Below are positions 52,101 through 64,000 of a stretch of 64,000 nt of DNA, one piece after another. Source of the stretch: Bacteroidales bacterium (GTDB lineage Bacteria; Bacteroidota; Bacteroidia; Bacteroidales; WCHB1-69); assembly GCA_017961265.1 (NCBI GenBank), contig JAGCXN010000028.1, forward strand, positions 77,874 through 141,873, given 5' to 3'. How positions within the stretch are numbered: the stretch's first letter is position 1; each line of letters begins with the position of its first letter. The translations under genes and the position numbers were made by a program. The notes under the pieces are model-generated. The model was not told the DNA's origin and did no database searches. It saw only the letters and a program-made list of their open reading frames with translations.

Positions 52101-52939
52101 TACTTCATCCCCAGCAACATCCGGATCTCTTCCGCCCACAGGCTCTCGTCGGGCGTTTCGAGGATGAAGGGGATGTGTTCGAAGCGGGTGTCGCGGGCGA
52201 TACGCTCGAAAAACTCCATGCCCAACAGTCCCTTGCCGATGCTGTCGTGACGGTCCACACGGCTGCCAAGTTCCTTCTTGGTATCGTTCAAATGCACAGC
52301 CTTCAGATAGTTAAGGCCGATGGTTTTGTCAAATTCTTTCCACGTGGCTTCGTACCCTTCGGGCGTTTTCAGATCATAACCGGCCGAATAGGTATGGCAA
52401 GTGTCAATGCAGACACCGACGCGGGTTTTATCCTCTATCTTGCTAATGATGTGGGCGATATGCTGGAAGCTGAAACCGACGTTACTCCCCTGCCCCGCCG
52501 TGTTCTCGATTACGGCCGTCACCCCGTGGGTTTGGTCCAACGCAAGGTTGATGCTTTCGGCGATGCGGTCCAGGCACTGCTCAATGGTAATCATTTTCAG
52601 ATGGCTGCCCGGATGGAAATTCAACATCGTAAGCCCCAGTTGCTCACAGCGTTGCATCTCGTCCAAGAAGGCTTCGCGCGATTTCGGCAGAAGATCGTCA
52701 TCGGGCTGGCCAAGATTGATAAGGTAGCTGTCATGCGGCAGGATCACCTCCGGCGCGAAGCCGTACTTTTCGCAACGCTCCTTGAAGAGCCGGATGCTCT
52801 GTTCGGTGAGGGGTGCGGATTTCCACTGCCGCTGGTTCTTGGTGAAAAGCGCAAAGGCGGTGGCGCCCAACTGGTGGGCTTGTTCCGGCGCGTTCTCCAC
52901 ACCGCCGCTGGCACTTACGTGAGGACCTACATATTTCAT
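52100..52939 (-). CDS. nfo: deoxyribonuclease IV (endonuclease IV)
   Basis: 279-aa [48 protein letters not shown]. Confidence 0.9.
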   Translation of the reverse strand: MKYVGPHVSASGGVENAPEQAHQLGATAFALFTKNQRQWKSAPLTEQSIRLFKERCEKYGFAPEVILPHDSYLINLGQPDDDLLPKSREAFLDEMQRCEQLGLTMLNFHPGSHLKMITIEQCLDRIAESINLALDQTHGVTAVIENTAGQGSNVGFSFQHIAHIISKIEDKTRVGVCIDTCHTYSAGYDLKTPEGYEATWKEFDKTIGLNYLKAVHLNDTKKELGSRVDRHDSIGKGLLGMEFFERIARDTRFEHIPFILETPDESLWAEEIRMLLGMK

Positions 52940-52949
52940 AATGAACGAT

Positions 52950-53651
52950 TTAGTTATTTTCTTGTTTACCTACAATTTTCTCGTAAAGGTCGGGACGGCG
53001 GGCCTTCGTACGCTCCAACTGCTTCTCCAACTTCCAATCCTTGATGAGACGCTCGTTGCCCGAAAGCAGAATCTCCGGCACGAGATGCCCCTCATAGTCC
53101 GCAGGGCGCGTATAGACCGGCGGCGACAACAGCCCGTCCTGGAACGAGTCGGAAAGGGCGGAAGTCTCGTCGTTGAGCACACCGGGAATGACGCGCGCGA
53201 TGGCATCCACCACCGCCATGGCCGCAATCTCGCCGCCCGACAACACATAGTCGCCAATGCTGATCTCTTCCGTCACGAATAGTTCGCGCACCCGCTCATC
53301 CACCCCCTTGTAATGACCGCAAAGAATGATAATATTCTCGTACAAAGAGAGTTCGTTCGCCTTCGACTGGTTGAAAGTATGCCCGTCCGGAGCCATGAAC
53401 AGCACCGCATCATAGTTCCTTTCCGATTTCAACTTGGCGATACAGTCGGCGATAGGCTGCACCATCATCACCATGCCCGCACCGCCACCGAACGGATAGT
53501 CGTCCACCTTGCGGTGTTTGTCCTTCGTATAGTCGCGGATATCGTGCGTGTGCAGCTCCAGATGTCCCTTCGCCACGGCGCGCTTCAAAATCGACTGGGA
53601 AAAGACCCCTTCAAACATCTCGGGGAAAAGGGTGAGTATATCTATGCGCAT
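52950..53651 (-). CDS. trmD: tRNA (guanine37-N1)-methyltransferase
   Basis: 233-aa [51 protein letters not shown]. Confidence 0.95.
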   Translation of the reverse strand: MRIDILTLFPEMFEGVFSQSILKRAVAKGHLELHTHDIRDYTKDKHRKVDDYPFGGGAGMVMMVQPIADCIAKLKSERNYDAVLFMAPDGHTFNQSKANELSLYENIIILCGHYKGVDERVRELFVTEEISIGDYVLSGGEIAAMAVVDAIARVIPGVLNDETSALSDSFQDGLLSPPVYTRPADYEGHLVPEILLSGNERLIKDWKLEKQLERTKARRPDLYEKIVGKQENN

Positions 53652-53652
53652 A

Positions 53653-54297
53653 TTACAATTTTTCTATAACCATAATTCCGTCCCGCAGCGGCAGTAGGAA
53701 ATTCCGAACCCGCTCATCCTGAAGGACATAATCATTAAAATATTGGAGTGCCGGCGTATCCTTGTCGCCGCTTTTAGGCTCATTCAGCACCTTCCCGCTC
53801 CACAACACATTGTCAGCCAGCAAGTAGCCGCCTCTCCGCAATTTCGGCAGAACCAGCTCATAATACCGGATATATTCCTCCTTGTCGGCATCCATAAAGA
53901 TTAAGTCGTAAGTTTTGTCCAACGTCGGAATCACCACAAGGGCATCCCCGATATGCAATGTAATTTTCTCTTTTTTAGGATATTGTGAAAAATATTTCCG
54001 AATAATATCCTCCAACTCCACATCCACTTCGATGGTGTCAAGTGTGCCGCCTTCGGGGAGCCCTTCCGCCAGGCAGATGGCGGAATAGCCAGTATAGGTG
54101 CCGATTTCCAACACAGCCTTGGGCTGCATCATCTTCACGAGATTCGTCAGGAACATTCCCTGAATGTGTCCGGACAACATTCTGGGGTTCATCACTTTGA
54201 GGTTCGTCTCACGGTTGAGCCGGTACAGCAATTCCGGCTCGGGCGTGGAGTGTGCCTCACAGTATTCCTCGATTTCCTGCGTAATTTCGGCGTGCAT
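53653..54297 (-). CDS. class I SAM-dependent O-methyltransferase (caffeoyl-CoA OMT-like)
   Basis: 214-aa ORF. SAM motif [12 protein letters not shown] and the FMDADKEEY block. Confidence 0.8.
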   Translation of the reverse strand: MHAEITQEIEEYCEAHSTPEPELLYRLNRETNLKVMNPRMLSGHIQGMFLTNLVKMMQPKAVLEIGTYTGYSAICLAEGLPEGGTLDTIEVDVELEDIIRKYFSQYPKKEKITLHIGDALVVIPTLDKTYDLIFMDADKEEYIRYYELVLPKLRRGGYLLADNVLWSGKVLNEPKSGDKDTPALQYFNDYVLQDERVRNFLLPLRDGIMVIEKL

Positions 54298-54309
54298 GAA
54301 AAGGTTGTA

Positions 54310-54504
54310 TTAGTTCTGTTCGATAATCTTGTTGACTTCAGCTTCGGTGCGTCCCAGCACCTCCTTGCAGATTTTGATCAACTGCGAGGCGCGTTCGATA
54401 TTCTGCGTCAGTTCATCCACCGAAATGTCTGCATTTTCCATCTTTTTCACAATCTCCTGAAGCTCCTCAAAAGCTTCAGTGTAGGTCATCTTTTTCTCTT
54501 CCAT
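54310..54504 (-). CDS. xseB: exodeoxyribonuclease VII small subunit
   Basis: 64-aa ORF. TYTEAFEELQEIVKKMENADISVDEL is typical of XseB. Confidence 0.8.
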   Translation of the reverse strand: MEEKKMTYTEAFEELQEIVKKMENADISVDELTQNIERASQLIKICKEVLGRTEAEVNKIIEQN

Positions 54505-54506
54505 GG

Positions 54507-56378
54507 CTATTTGGCTTTAATGATTTTTTCTGTTTGCACAAAATCTCCATTCGTGATACGCAGGATATAACATCCGTTAGGACAATTATTTAAATCCAAC
54601 TGCGTCACACCCTGATGGAGGCTATTGCGTTGGAGAAGGCGTCCGTTCAGGTCGTAAAGGGTGACTTCTGCTTTCCCTGTACTGTTCGGGGTAGAAATGA
54701 AAATCACATCGGAAGCGGGATTCGGGAAAACGGTAAACTGATTGGAGGAGCTTTCAAACTCCTGCGTTCCTGAATGATACAAGGCAGCAAGGATGGCTTG
54801 GTACGCATTCACCTTTCCGTGTCCGAAACGGGTCATGCCGCTCGCTTCCGTAAATTCGTCGTGTGTGGCCGTGAAGATGAGGCACCGTTTGAGCTCTTCG
54901 GGCGTGAGGGTCGGGTTGGCCTGCAACAATAATGCCGCCACACCCGCCGTGAACGGTGACGACATCGAAGTTCCTGACAGACGTCCGAATTTGTAGGTTC
55001 TTCCATTGTATTCAATAGATTGAACGCTGCTTACGCTCTCATCTGCATAACTATTGAGAGCAGAACAGACTTCATAGCCTGGTGCTGAAATATCTGGTTT
55101 GTCACGACCATCAATGGTGGGGCCAACACTGGAAAATGAGCAAATGGCACCGCCCGCATAGGTGCTATCAGAGGTAGCATAACGAGACTGGTGTGCCGCA
55201 ACAGTAATGGCACATGGCACAATCGCAGGTGCACCACACCCATAGGAGACATCTCCTCCTGTCCACGTAGCAGGAGAGTATCCCTGAAAACGTCCGCCCC
55301 AATTACCAACTCCGGTTGTAAGTTCGGCGAGATTCCAAGCATGGAAATCACCACCTGCAGCAGCCACCGTCAGGCAAAAACGCCAACCTGTTCTCATCAC
55401 CTTCTTCACCCGTAACCGAGCTTGCGGACGCCCTGCTTCATTACTGGCAATTACTTCCACGATATAGGGAATTGTATCCTCGCCTATCACAAGATAGCTT
55501 TCCTCATTCAGATTTCCCGCTTCAGTATGATAAAATGGAGACTGGGTAAGAATTCCCATATTGCTACCACGCACATTCAAGCAGAAAGAGAAAGATTGTC
55601 CAGGACTGCTCGTCATCGAAATAGAACTCCCGTAATAATAAGGACTTCCATTTGCTGACGGAAAATAAAAATGAGAACGGATGGTATCATTGTCAAATGA
55701 ATGTCCGAGATGGAAGTTTTCATCACCATTGTTGCCACCACTGGTGACAAAGACGACACCAAGATCACTCAATTCCTGCATTTTTTGCCCAACGATACCT
55801 GTACCAACCAGATTATCCATCCAGTAGATACCCCAACTCATATTGATAACCAAGCGCTTATGCTCCTGCTGAGCGACATCATACATCCATTGGAAAGCGT
55901 CAATGGCCGACTGCTCATCGGGACGAAAAGAACAGAACAGAAGTTCCGCATTCGGAGCTACACCACGGTAAGACGTGCCTGCACCACTACCAGCAGCAAT
56001 ACCAGCCACGTGGGTTCCATGGTAATGATGCCCATAGATATTCGATGTATCACATTGGGCAGCAAGAAGTTGTTCCCTTCCGACCAATTCTGTCCCGTAG
56101 TCGAAACCTTCAGGTGCAGGTCCGGCGGTGCGAAACTGATCCCACGCCCGCAATACACGGTAACGGGTCATCGATGTGTCGTAAAAGGTGGGGTGCGTGT
56201 AATCGAAGCCCCAGTCTGTCACACCGATAATCACACTGTCGCCTTGGAAAGCCTCCGGCAAGTTGATTCCAAGATAAACGCTGTCCACATTGCCGTCGGG
56301 ACGGGCGCGGTACAAATCCTGCGCATTGACATACATCACACTGATTATCAAACTAATAACAAAAAATATCTTTTTCAT
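54507..56378 (-). CDS. S8 family serine peptidase with C-terminal T9SS sorting domain
   Basis: 623-aa ORF with a signal peptide. Triad contexts GVTDWGFD (Asp), HGTHVAG (His), GTSMSSP (Ser). C-terminal FTVFPNPASD...VTLYDLNGRLL...GCYILRIT...KIIKAK. Confidence 0.85.
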   Translation of the reverse strand: MKKIFFVISLIISVMYVNAQDLYRARPDGNVDSVYLGINLPEAFQGDSVIIGVTDWGFDYTHPTFYDTSMTRYRVLRAWDQFRTAGPAPEGFDYGTELVGREQLLAAQCDTSNIYGHHYHGTHVAGIAAGSGAGTSYRGVAPNAELLFCSFRPDEQSAIDAFQWMYDVAQQEHKRLVINMSWGIYWMDNLVGTGIVGQKMQELSDLGVVFVTSGGNNGDENFHLGHSFDNDTIRSHFYFPSANGSPYYYGSSISMTSSPGQSFSFCLNVRGSNMGILTQSPFYHTEAGNLNEESYLVIGEDTIPYIVEVIASNEAGRPQARLRVKKVMRTGWRFCLTVAAAGGDFHAWNLAELTTGVGNWGGRFQGYSPATWTGGDVSYGCGAPAIVPCAITVAAHQSRYATSDSTYAGGAICSFSSVGPTIDGRDKPDISAPGYEVCSALNSYADESVSSVQSIEYNGRTYKFGRLSGTSMSSPFTAGVAALLLQANPTLTPEELKRCLIFTATHDEFTEASGMTRFGHGKVNAYQAILAALYHSGTQEFESSSNQFTVFPNPASDVIFISTPNSTGKAEVTLYDLNGRLLQRNSLHQGVTQLDLNNCPNGCYILRITNGDFVQTEKIIKAK

Positions 56379-56404
56379 AATTCAAGAATTTCATTTATAA
56401 AAAA

Positions 56405-57310
56405 CTATATTTTCCTATCTGAAAATTTCTGGCAGATATAATTCAATTTATACAAATCAAAACACCGCATATTAGGCTTATTTGATTTTAAATTTTTAAT
56501 TATCAATGATTTAAAAACAGAATAAAAACGCAGGTACAATTTCACCATTCTCTTTCGCTGCAATTTTTGGAATGTACCCAACAATTTGGTCCCTTCCACA
56601 AACTGCTGCTTGTTTTTCACCTTTTCATACACAACAAACAGATTGTCAATGGCGTTTTCCGTCTGTTTAAGAAATTTTTCGTTGGTGGCTACGACCTCGT
56701 GCCGCAAAGGATTGTCAATATGATGGACAATGATACCGTGCTCCTGTAATTCCAGACCAAAGAGCGTGTCCTCATGTCCATATCCCGAAAGGGTTTCATC
56801 AAATTCTACAGTTTTAAATATCTCTTTTTCTATCAAGAAGTTAAAAGTAGAAAAAGAGAGATTAGGTTGTTGGTTCCTGACTTCCGCCGGTACCATCTCA
56901 CGCTGGCGACCGTAGGCCCAGCGAAGCACATAATTCTTTTTCGGCTTGCGCTCCTTGTATTCATAACCGCCGGAAATCACTCGCGCCGTCGGTGCCGTAT
57001 CCACATATTTTTTCAAATAGTCGGGATGAGACACCTTCGTGTCACAGTCCATAAAAAGAAGATACGGGTATTTCGCCTTGCTGGCCAATGTGTTACGGAT
57101 CACAGATCGACCCACATTCCGGTAATTCTGCAAATAGGTGACATGCGGAAGAAAGTCAAGTTTGGCGTTCTTCATCAAATAATCGTGCTTGGAAGCATCG
57201 TCAAGCAGAAGAATTTCGTACTCAATGCCCAATTTGTCGGCTTGTTTGCAAAGGTCCTTCACAAGCTGGTTGACATCGTAGTTGTAAATACCTATGCAAA
57301 CCGACAGCAT
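56405..57310 (-). CDS. glycosyltransferase family 2
   Basis: 301-aa [14 protein letters not shown]-terminus, LLLDDAS and FMDCD acidic motifs. Its ATG overlaps the ftsE stop (TAATG). Confidence 0.8.
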   Translation of the reverse strand: MLSVCIGIYNYDVNQLVKDLCKQADKLGIEYEILLLDDASKHDYLMKNAKLDFLPHVTYLQNYRNVGRSVIRNTLASKAKYPYLLFMDCDTKVSHPDYLKKYVDTAPTARVISGGYEYKERKPKKNYVLRWAYGRQREMVPAEVRNQQPNLSFSTFNFLIEKEIFKTVEFDETLSGYGHEDTLFGLELQEHGIIVHHIDNPLRHEVVATNEKFLKQTENAIDNLFVVYEKVKNKQQFVEGTKLLGTFQKLQRKRMVKLYLRFYSVFKSLIIKNLKSNKPNMRCFDLYKLNYICQKFSDRKI

Positions 57311-58020
57311 TATACGAGGGAGTCGATGATTTTACCGTCTTCGATACAGATGGTTCTGGATGCGAATTTATTGATCATTGGGAAATTATGGGTAGCCATG
57401 ATCACGGTAGTTCCATCCTGGTTGATATCGTGCATGATTTTGAAAATCTCTTCGGCTGTGATGGGGTCAAGGCTGCCAGTAGGCTCGTCAGCGAGGATCA
57501 CCTCAGGCTTGTTGATGAGGGCGCGGGCGATGCAGACACGCTGCTGCTCACCGCCTGACAACTGGTGCGGATACTTGAAATCCTTCGTTTCCAGATGAAC
57601 CAGCTGCAAAACCTCCTGCACGCGGATCTTCATCGCTTTTTCGTCTTTCCATCCTGTAGCTTTCATGGCAAACATCAGATTTTCACTAACCGTCTTATTG
57701 CTAAGAAGCTGATAATCTTGGAAGACAATTCCCAACTTACGGCGCAACTGCGGAATCTGTTTGGCCTTGATGGTCTTCAAATCAAAATTCACACATTTAG
57801 CCTCTTCTCCTTTCGCGGGTACGTCGGCAAAAAGAACCTTCAATATGGAGGACTTTCCACTGCCAGTCTTCCCGATAAGATAGACGAATTCACCACGGTT
57901 GACGGTGATATTGACTTTGGATAGAATCAATATTTTCTTTTGAAAAATATCGACGTCTTTCAGTACGACCACCGGTTCCGGTGCAGTCTCTGTCGGCTGG
58001 GGGATGATTTCTTCTTCCAT
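57310..58020 (-). CDS. ftsE: cell-division ABC ATPase FtsE-like
   Basis: 236-aa ORF. Walker [10 protein letters not shown], signature LSGGEQQR, Walker B ILADEPTG. No FtsX-like permease is adjacent. Confidence 0.75.
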   Translation of the reverse strand: MEEEIIPQPTETAPEPVVVLKDVDIFQKKILILSKVNITVNRGEFVYLIGKTGSGKSSILKVLFADVPAKGEEAKCVNFDLKTIKAKQIPQLRRKLGIVFQDYQLLSNKTVSENLMFAMKATGWKDEKAMKIRVQEVLQLVHLETKDFKYPHQLSGGEQQRVCIARALINKPEVILADEPTGSLDPITAEEIFKIMHDINQDGTTVIMATHNFPMINKFASRTICIEDGKIIDSLV

Positions 58021-58032
58021 GGGGAATATCTA

Positions 58033-60030
<1,998 letters not shown>

Positions 60031-60041
60031 TTAAAACATTG

Positions 60042-60049
60042 CAAAGATA
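60042..60049 (-). promoter_or_regulatory. -7 promoter box TATCTTTG (minus strand)
   Basis: 32 nt upstream of the gyrB ATG (60009). Confidence 0.55.
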
Positions 60050-60050
60050 C

Positions 60051-60105
60051 AAAAAAAACTTGCAATTTGAAAGGGAGATCCCCAATAAAATTGCAAGTTT
60101 TTTTG
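60051..60105. terminator. bidirectional intrinsic terminator between recQ and the gyrB promoter
   Basis: A8-CTTGCAATTT...AAATTGCAAG-T7: an 11-bp stem plus A/T extensions, with a 19-nt loop. Confidence 0.8.
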
Positions 60106-60123
60106 TGCTATAAAACGGGCTAA

Positions 60124-62319
60124 TTAGTTGCCCATATCCGAGAGGAATTTGATGCGCATAATGCGTATTTCCTCCATCGTATATTCGTCTTCGCCAAGTT
60201 CTTCGAGGGCATCATCCACCGAGTCAGACTCAGCATTGGCAAAATAATCCAGAATTTCCTCCTGATGGTCGGGATCGATGGTTTCTTCAATATAATAGTC
60301 AATATTGAGCTTCATTCCAGACGAGACGATGCTTTCTATTTGCGTAAGCAGCTCGTCCATATCAAGATTCTTGCCCATGGCAATATCCTCAAAGGCAATC
60401 ATACGGTCGATATTCTGGATGATATAGACGTTGATGGCAGAGAGGTTCGTAGGCGACTTGACAACGAAATCCTGCGGACGGATGATGTCGTTCTCCTCCA
60501 CATACTGCTTGATCAGTTCGATAAACGGTTTGCCATACTTTTGTGCCTTTCCTGTACCCACCCCGCTGATGTGCGACATTTCGTCGAGGGTGGTAGGATA
60601 CTGTATGCACATGTCCTCTAACGACACATCTTGAAAAATGACGTAGGTAGGCAGATTCTCCTTTTGCGAAATTGCCTTTCGCAAGTCCTTCAGCATGGCA
60701 TACAATGGGTTGTCATCCATTGCCTCCCCCTTGGGAATAAACACTTCATCGCTATCGTCATCGTCATCCTCACCTTTTGGCTTGGCAACCATGATACTAT
60801 AGGGGTTCGTCATGTATTTTTCCCCCTTCGGCGTAATTTTCAGCAGACCATACGTCTCCACATCCTTATAAATGAGTCCCTCAAAAATGGCGAGACGCAC
60901 CACATTCGACCAGAAGTTGGAATCGTAATTCTGGCCTTCACCAAACTGTTTGAGCTGATGATGCTTAAATTTGGTGATAGTCGTGGTTTTTTCACCTGTA
61001 ATGATGTCAATGATATGGTCTTCCTTGAACTGTTGTTTGATGGTCTGAATGATTTCAAGCACCAGCTGTATTTGGTCCTGCGCATCCATTTTCGGCTTGG
61101 GATGGAGACAATTGTCACAATTGCCGCAATTTTCTTCTGGATAATTTTCTCCAAAATAATGAAGGAGGTGCTTGCGCCGGCATGATGTAGATTCTGCATA
61201 GGCGGCGGTTTCCGCCAAAAGCTGCTTCACAATCTCCTGCTCCGCCACCGACTTCTTGGTGGAGAATTTTTCCAGTTTATTCAAATCCTTATAATCATAG
61301 AAAGCCACACACAACCCCTCACCATCGTCACGACCGGCACGTCCGGTCTCCTGATAGTAGCCTTCCAAACTTTTCGGCATATCATAGTGGATGACGAACC
61401 GCACATCCGGCTTGTCAATTCCCATCCCGAAAGCAATGGTGGCCACGATCACATCGGCCTTCTCCATCAAAAAAGCATCCTGATTTTCCACACGGGTTTT
61501 GGAGTCCAATCCCGCATGATACGGAAGAGCCCGAATCTTATTAGCCTGCAAGAATTCAGCAAACTCCTCCACCTTCTTTCTACTGAGGCAATAGACGATA
61601 CCTGACTTGCCTGGGTGACTTTTGATAAACTTGACAATATCCTTGTCAATGTCCTTGGTCTTCTCCCTGATTTCGTAATAGAGATTGGGTCGGTTGAAGG
61701 AGGAGATGAAGGTCTCGGCCTTGTCCATGGAGAGGTTCTTCTGGATGTCAGCACTGACTTTGGGCGTGGCTGTAGCCGTCAGGGCAATGACCGGTACCTG
61801 CTTCCCTATCGCAGTAATGATATCGCGGATGCGGCGGTACTCGGGTCGGAAGTCGTGACCCCATTCGGAAATACAGTGTGCCTCATCAATGGCATAAAAC
61901 GAAATATTGATGGCCTTGAAGAAATCGACGTTCTCTACTTTCGTCAAAGATTCCGGCGCCACATACAACAACTTCGTTTTCCCCGCCAGGAGATCCTCAC
62001 GCACCGTGTTGATTTCCGCCTTCGAGAGCGACGAATTGAGAAAATGGGCGACACCGTCCTCTGAACTGTAGGTGCGGAGCGCGTCCACCTGGTTCTTCAT
62101 CAGGGCTATTAGTGGCGAAATGATGATGGCCGTACCTTCACACATCAATGCCGGCAACTGGTAGCACAGCGACTTTCCACCGCCCGTCGGCATGATGACG
62201 AAGCAATCCTTCCCAGACAGCAGCGCCTTGATGATTTCCAACTGTTTTCCTTTGAACTGGGTGAATCCGAAGAACTTTTTGAGCATCTTCAAGATCTCCT
62301 TCTCCGTAAACTTATGCAT
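60124..62319 (-). CDS. recQ: ATP-dependent DNA helicase RecQ
   Basis: 731-aa ORF. MPTGGGKSLCYQLPA, DEAHCISEWGHDFRP, the zinc-finger cluster CRRKHLLHYFGE...CGNCDNC and a C-terminal HRDC-like region. Confidence 0.95.
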   Translation of the reverse strand: MHKFTEKEILKMLKKFFGFTQFKGKQLEIIKALLSGKDCFVIMPTGGGKSLCYQLPALMCEGTAIIISPLIALMKNQVDALRTYSSEDGVAHFLNSSLSKAEINTVREDLLAGKTKLLYVAPESLTKVENVDFFKAINISFYAIDEAHCISEWGHDFRPEYRRIRDIITAIGKQVPVIALTATATPKVSADIQKNLSMDKAETFISSFNRPNLYYEIREKTKDIDKDIVKFIKSHPGKSGIVYCLSRKKVEEFAEFLQANKIRALPYHAGLDSKTRVENQDAFLMEKADVIVATIAFGMGIDKPDVRFVIHYDMPKSLEGYYQETGRAGRDDGEGLCVAFYDYKDLNKLEKFSTKKSVAEQEIVKQLLAETAAYAESTSCRRKHLLHYFGENYPEENCGNCDNCLHPKPKMDAQDQIQLVLEIIQTIKQQFKEDHIIDIITGEKTTTITKFKHHQLKQFGEGQNYDSNFWSNVVRLAIFEGLIYKDVETYGLLKITPKGEKYMTNPYSIMVAKPKGEDDDDDSDEVFIPKGEAMDDNPLYAMLKDLRKAISQKENLPTYVIFQDVSLEDMCIQYPTTLDEMSHISGVGTGKAQKYGKPFIELIKQYVEENDIIRPQDFVVKSPTNLSAINVYIIQNIDRMIAFEDIAMGKNLDMDELLTQIESIVSSGMKLNIDYYIEETIDPDHQEEILDYFANAESDSVDDALEELGEDEYTMEEIRIMRIKFLSDMGN

Positions 62320-62406
62320 AGTCAGTGTTAGTTTGACAACCTGTTATGTGATGATCAGAAAAACGAACTCCCATTGTCGGGTTCAACCACCTGAACAACG
62401 GGAGTA

Positions 62407-62414
62407 CAAAAGTA
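62407..62414 (-). promoter_or_regulatory. -7 promoter box TACTTTTG (minus strand)
   Basis: 87 nt upstream of the recQ ATG (62319). Confidence 0.5.
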
Positions 62415-62467
62415 TAAATATTTCTCTAATGGAGACCTTTTTTCAGAAAAAAATTCAATATTTTTTT

Positions 62468-63433
62468 CTAAAATATAATATTACCCTTCAAATAATTTGA
62501 GACATAGTCAGTTACACCCTCTTCAAGAGTATAAAAAGGATTCGTATAACCTGCCATACGCAATTTTTGCATATTCGCCTCTGTATAATATTGGTATTTG
62601 TCCCTGATGTCGATGGGGATGTCGATATAGTCGATGACTGGAGAAAGCCCCAAGGCGTGGAAAGTAGCCGTTGCCAGATCAAGGAATGTGCGGGCATTAC
62701 CGGTACCGAGATTGTATATACCGCTCGGATATTTCCGCTCCGTAAAACTGTGCAACACGCTCACCACATCCTTCACATAAACGAAATCGCGTTTCTGCTC
62801 CCCATCGGCGAAATCGGGACGATGCGAACGGAACAGCTTCACCCGCCCCGTTTCCTTGATTTGGTTGAACGAGTGGAAGATCACAGAAGCCATCCGCCCC
62901 TTGTGGTACTCATTCGGACCGAACACGTTGAAAAATTTGAAGCCTGCCCATTGCGGCGGCGTGTTCGTCTGCTTCAAAATCCATTTGTCAATCTCGTTTT
63001 TGGACTTCCCGTATGGATTCAATGGCCGCAAGTTCGGGATGTAGCTTTCGTCGTCGCGATAGCCACGCTCACCCTCTCCGTAAGTTGCGGCAGAAGAGGC
63101 GTACAATAGGGGAACGCAATGACGGGTGCAGAAGTCCCATACCCGTTGTGTATAAGAGACATTCAATTCTTCAAAAACAGCCCAGTCCATCTCGGTAGTG
63201 TCGGTGCGAGCCCCAAGATGGATAACAACGTCAATGTGCCGGGCGTTCGCTTCCGCCCATGCAAAGAAGTCAGTGCGGGCGATTTTGTCAACATATTTTT
63301 TGTCTATCCAGTTGCGTTTTTTCTGTTCCTTGGTAAAATCATCCACGAGAATAAGGTCGGTACGGCCTTCCTCGTTCATTTTTTGTACCATGCAGCTGCC
63401 AATGAAACCGGCAGCACCCGTGATTACTATCAT
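62468..63433 (-). CDS. hldD: ADP-L-glycero-D-manno-heptose 6-epimerase
   Basis: 321-aa ORF. ITGAAGFIGS, ASSAATYG, YGKSK, FNVFGPNEYHKGRMASV. Confidence 0.8.
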   Translation of the reverse strand: MIVITGAAGFIGSCMVQKMNEEGRTDLILVDDFTKEQKKRNWIDKKYVDKIARTDFFAWAEANARHIDVVIHLGARTDTTEMDWAVFEELNVSYTQRVWDFCTRHCVPLLYASSAATYGEGERGYRDDESYIPNLRPLNPYGKSKNEIDKWILKQTNTPPQWAGFKFFNVFGPNEYHKGRMASVIFHSFNQIKETGRVKLFRSHRPDFADGEQKRDFVYVKDVVSVLHSFTERKYPSGIYNLGTGNARTFLDLATATFHALGLSPVIDYIDIPIDIRDKYQYYTEANMQKLRMAGYTNPFYTLEEGVTDYVSNYLKGNIIF

Positions 63434-63450
63434 TGCTTTTTGATTTTTCT

Positions 63451-63480
63451 ATAAAAAAATGGACGGGCTAAACCCGTCCG
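63451..63480 (-). terminator. intrinsic terminator after the GldJ/PorK-like gene
   Basis: GGACGGG-CTAAA-CCCGTCC. On the minus strand it is followed by ATTTTTTTAT. Confidence 0.75.
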
Positions 63481-63504
63481 TTACCTATTATATAAAATGT
63501 ATGA

Positions 63505-64000
63505 TTATCTTTTCACACCACCGCCAGAAGGCGTTCCCAAACGGGCCATGGCGCAACGGAAGCCGATGTTCTTTGCTGATTCATCCTCTTCCATCCAGCG
63601 TCTTTGACCAGGAGCGGCATAGTACTGCGGGTCAATCCATGAACCGCCTTTGTAAACGCGTGCGTGGTCACCAACCATGGAATAGCTGTAGTTCTCACCG
63701 GTCTTTTTCGGATACATGGTGGAGGTGGCATCTTCTGAACCGTTCTTCCAAAGTTCCTCATCAATGAGGGAAGCCCAGTCACCGTCGAGATAATTGATAT
63801 TGTCGGCCTGACGGTAATTACGTCTGCGGTCGTTCTTGAAGTCGGAGACGGGCACCATCGGGATTCTACCCACGCTGTCACGGTCTTCCACCGTACCGTC
63901 TTCAAGAAGCTTCTTGGTTTCGTAGTAGTTACCACGGAACGGGTTGAATTCATAGACATCGTCGTGGGATTTCTGTCTGTAAACGTCCATCACCCATTCA
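63505..64000 (-). CDS. partial CDS (C-terminal ~165 codons) of an FGE/SUMF1-domain lipoprotein, GldJ/PorK-like
   Basis: The frame stays open to the window edge. C-terminal block ARVYKGGSWID...IGFRCAM is typical of FGE-sulfatase-fold T9SS/gliding proteins. Confidence 0.55.
   Translation of the reverse strand, partial: EWVMDVYRQKSHDDVYEFNPFRGNYYETKKLLEDGTVEDRDSVGRIPMVPVSDFKNDRRRNYRQADNINYLDGDWASLIDEELWKNGSEDATSTMYPKKTGENYSYSMVGDHARVYKGGSWIDPQYYAAPGQRRWMEEDESAKNIGFRCAMARLGTPSGGGVKR

Noticed and set aside
62367-62405. Hairpin ACTCCC...GGGAGT followed by a U-run in the recQ leader, a possible attenuator.
   Set aside because: The 5' arm directly abuts the -7 box (62407-62414), so it probably lies at or upstream of the transcription start and would not be in the RNA. 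The remaining inner stem is only 5 bp.

Overview
This 64-kb stretch looks like a chromosomal segment of a Bacteroidota genome, probably Bacteroidales. The evidence is several type IX secretion system (T9SS)-associated genes (a PorT-like outer-membrane protein, a subtilase with a C-terminal T9SS sorting domain, a GldJ/PorK-like FGE-domain protein). There are also 20 matches to the Bacteroides -7 promoter box TAnnTTTG in front of genes, and start codons generally lack Shine-Dalgarno sequences. I call 53 protein-coding genes, two of them cut by the window edges. Most are housekeeping genes (gyrB, recQ, metK, murA, der, trmD, nfo, ddh, ftsE, xseB, manA, hldD, a U32 peptidase, phosphoglucomutase). 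They are interleaved with genes that look AT-richer by eye and encode secreted or outer-membrane proteins of unknown function. I saw no rRNA, tRNA, CRISPR array, transposase, integrase or prophage genes. I did not find a convincing multi-gene novel system. The most unusual signals are non-coding or architectural. (1) A dispersed family of 7-nt-periodic, strand-skewed low-complexity arrays fills the regions upstream of several genes (S8/TPR, der, ABC-F, manA). It includes an exact shared 14-mer, a 77-nt G-free mRNA leader and a canonical G-quadruplex motif next to the der start codon. (2) A GC-rich 400-bp convergent intergenic region (51.7-52.1 kb) is built from REP/BIME-like palindromic units around a 17-bp-stem terminator. 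(3) A second hairpin family with stem GTAGAGACG/CGTCTCTAC sits after gene ends. (4) An AT-rich islet carries a P-loop ATPase fused to a PD-(D/E)xK nuclease-like motif, and its leader consists of three 33-bp tandem repeats. (5) A GH53-like glycosidase carries a complete T9SS C-terminal-domain-like module at its N-terminus. (6) A 530-aa protein looks like a tandem duplication of an outer-membrane barrel module. All functional calls rest on motif recognition by eye. No database search or computation was run, and GC statements are visual impressions.
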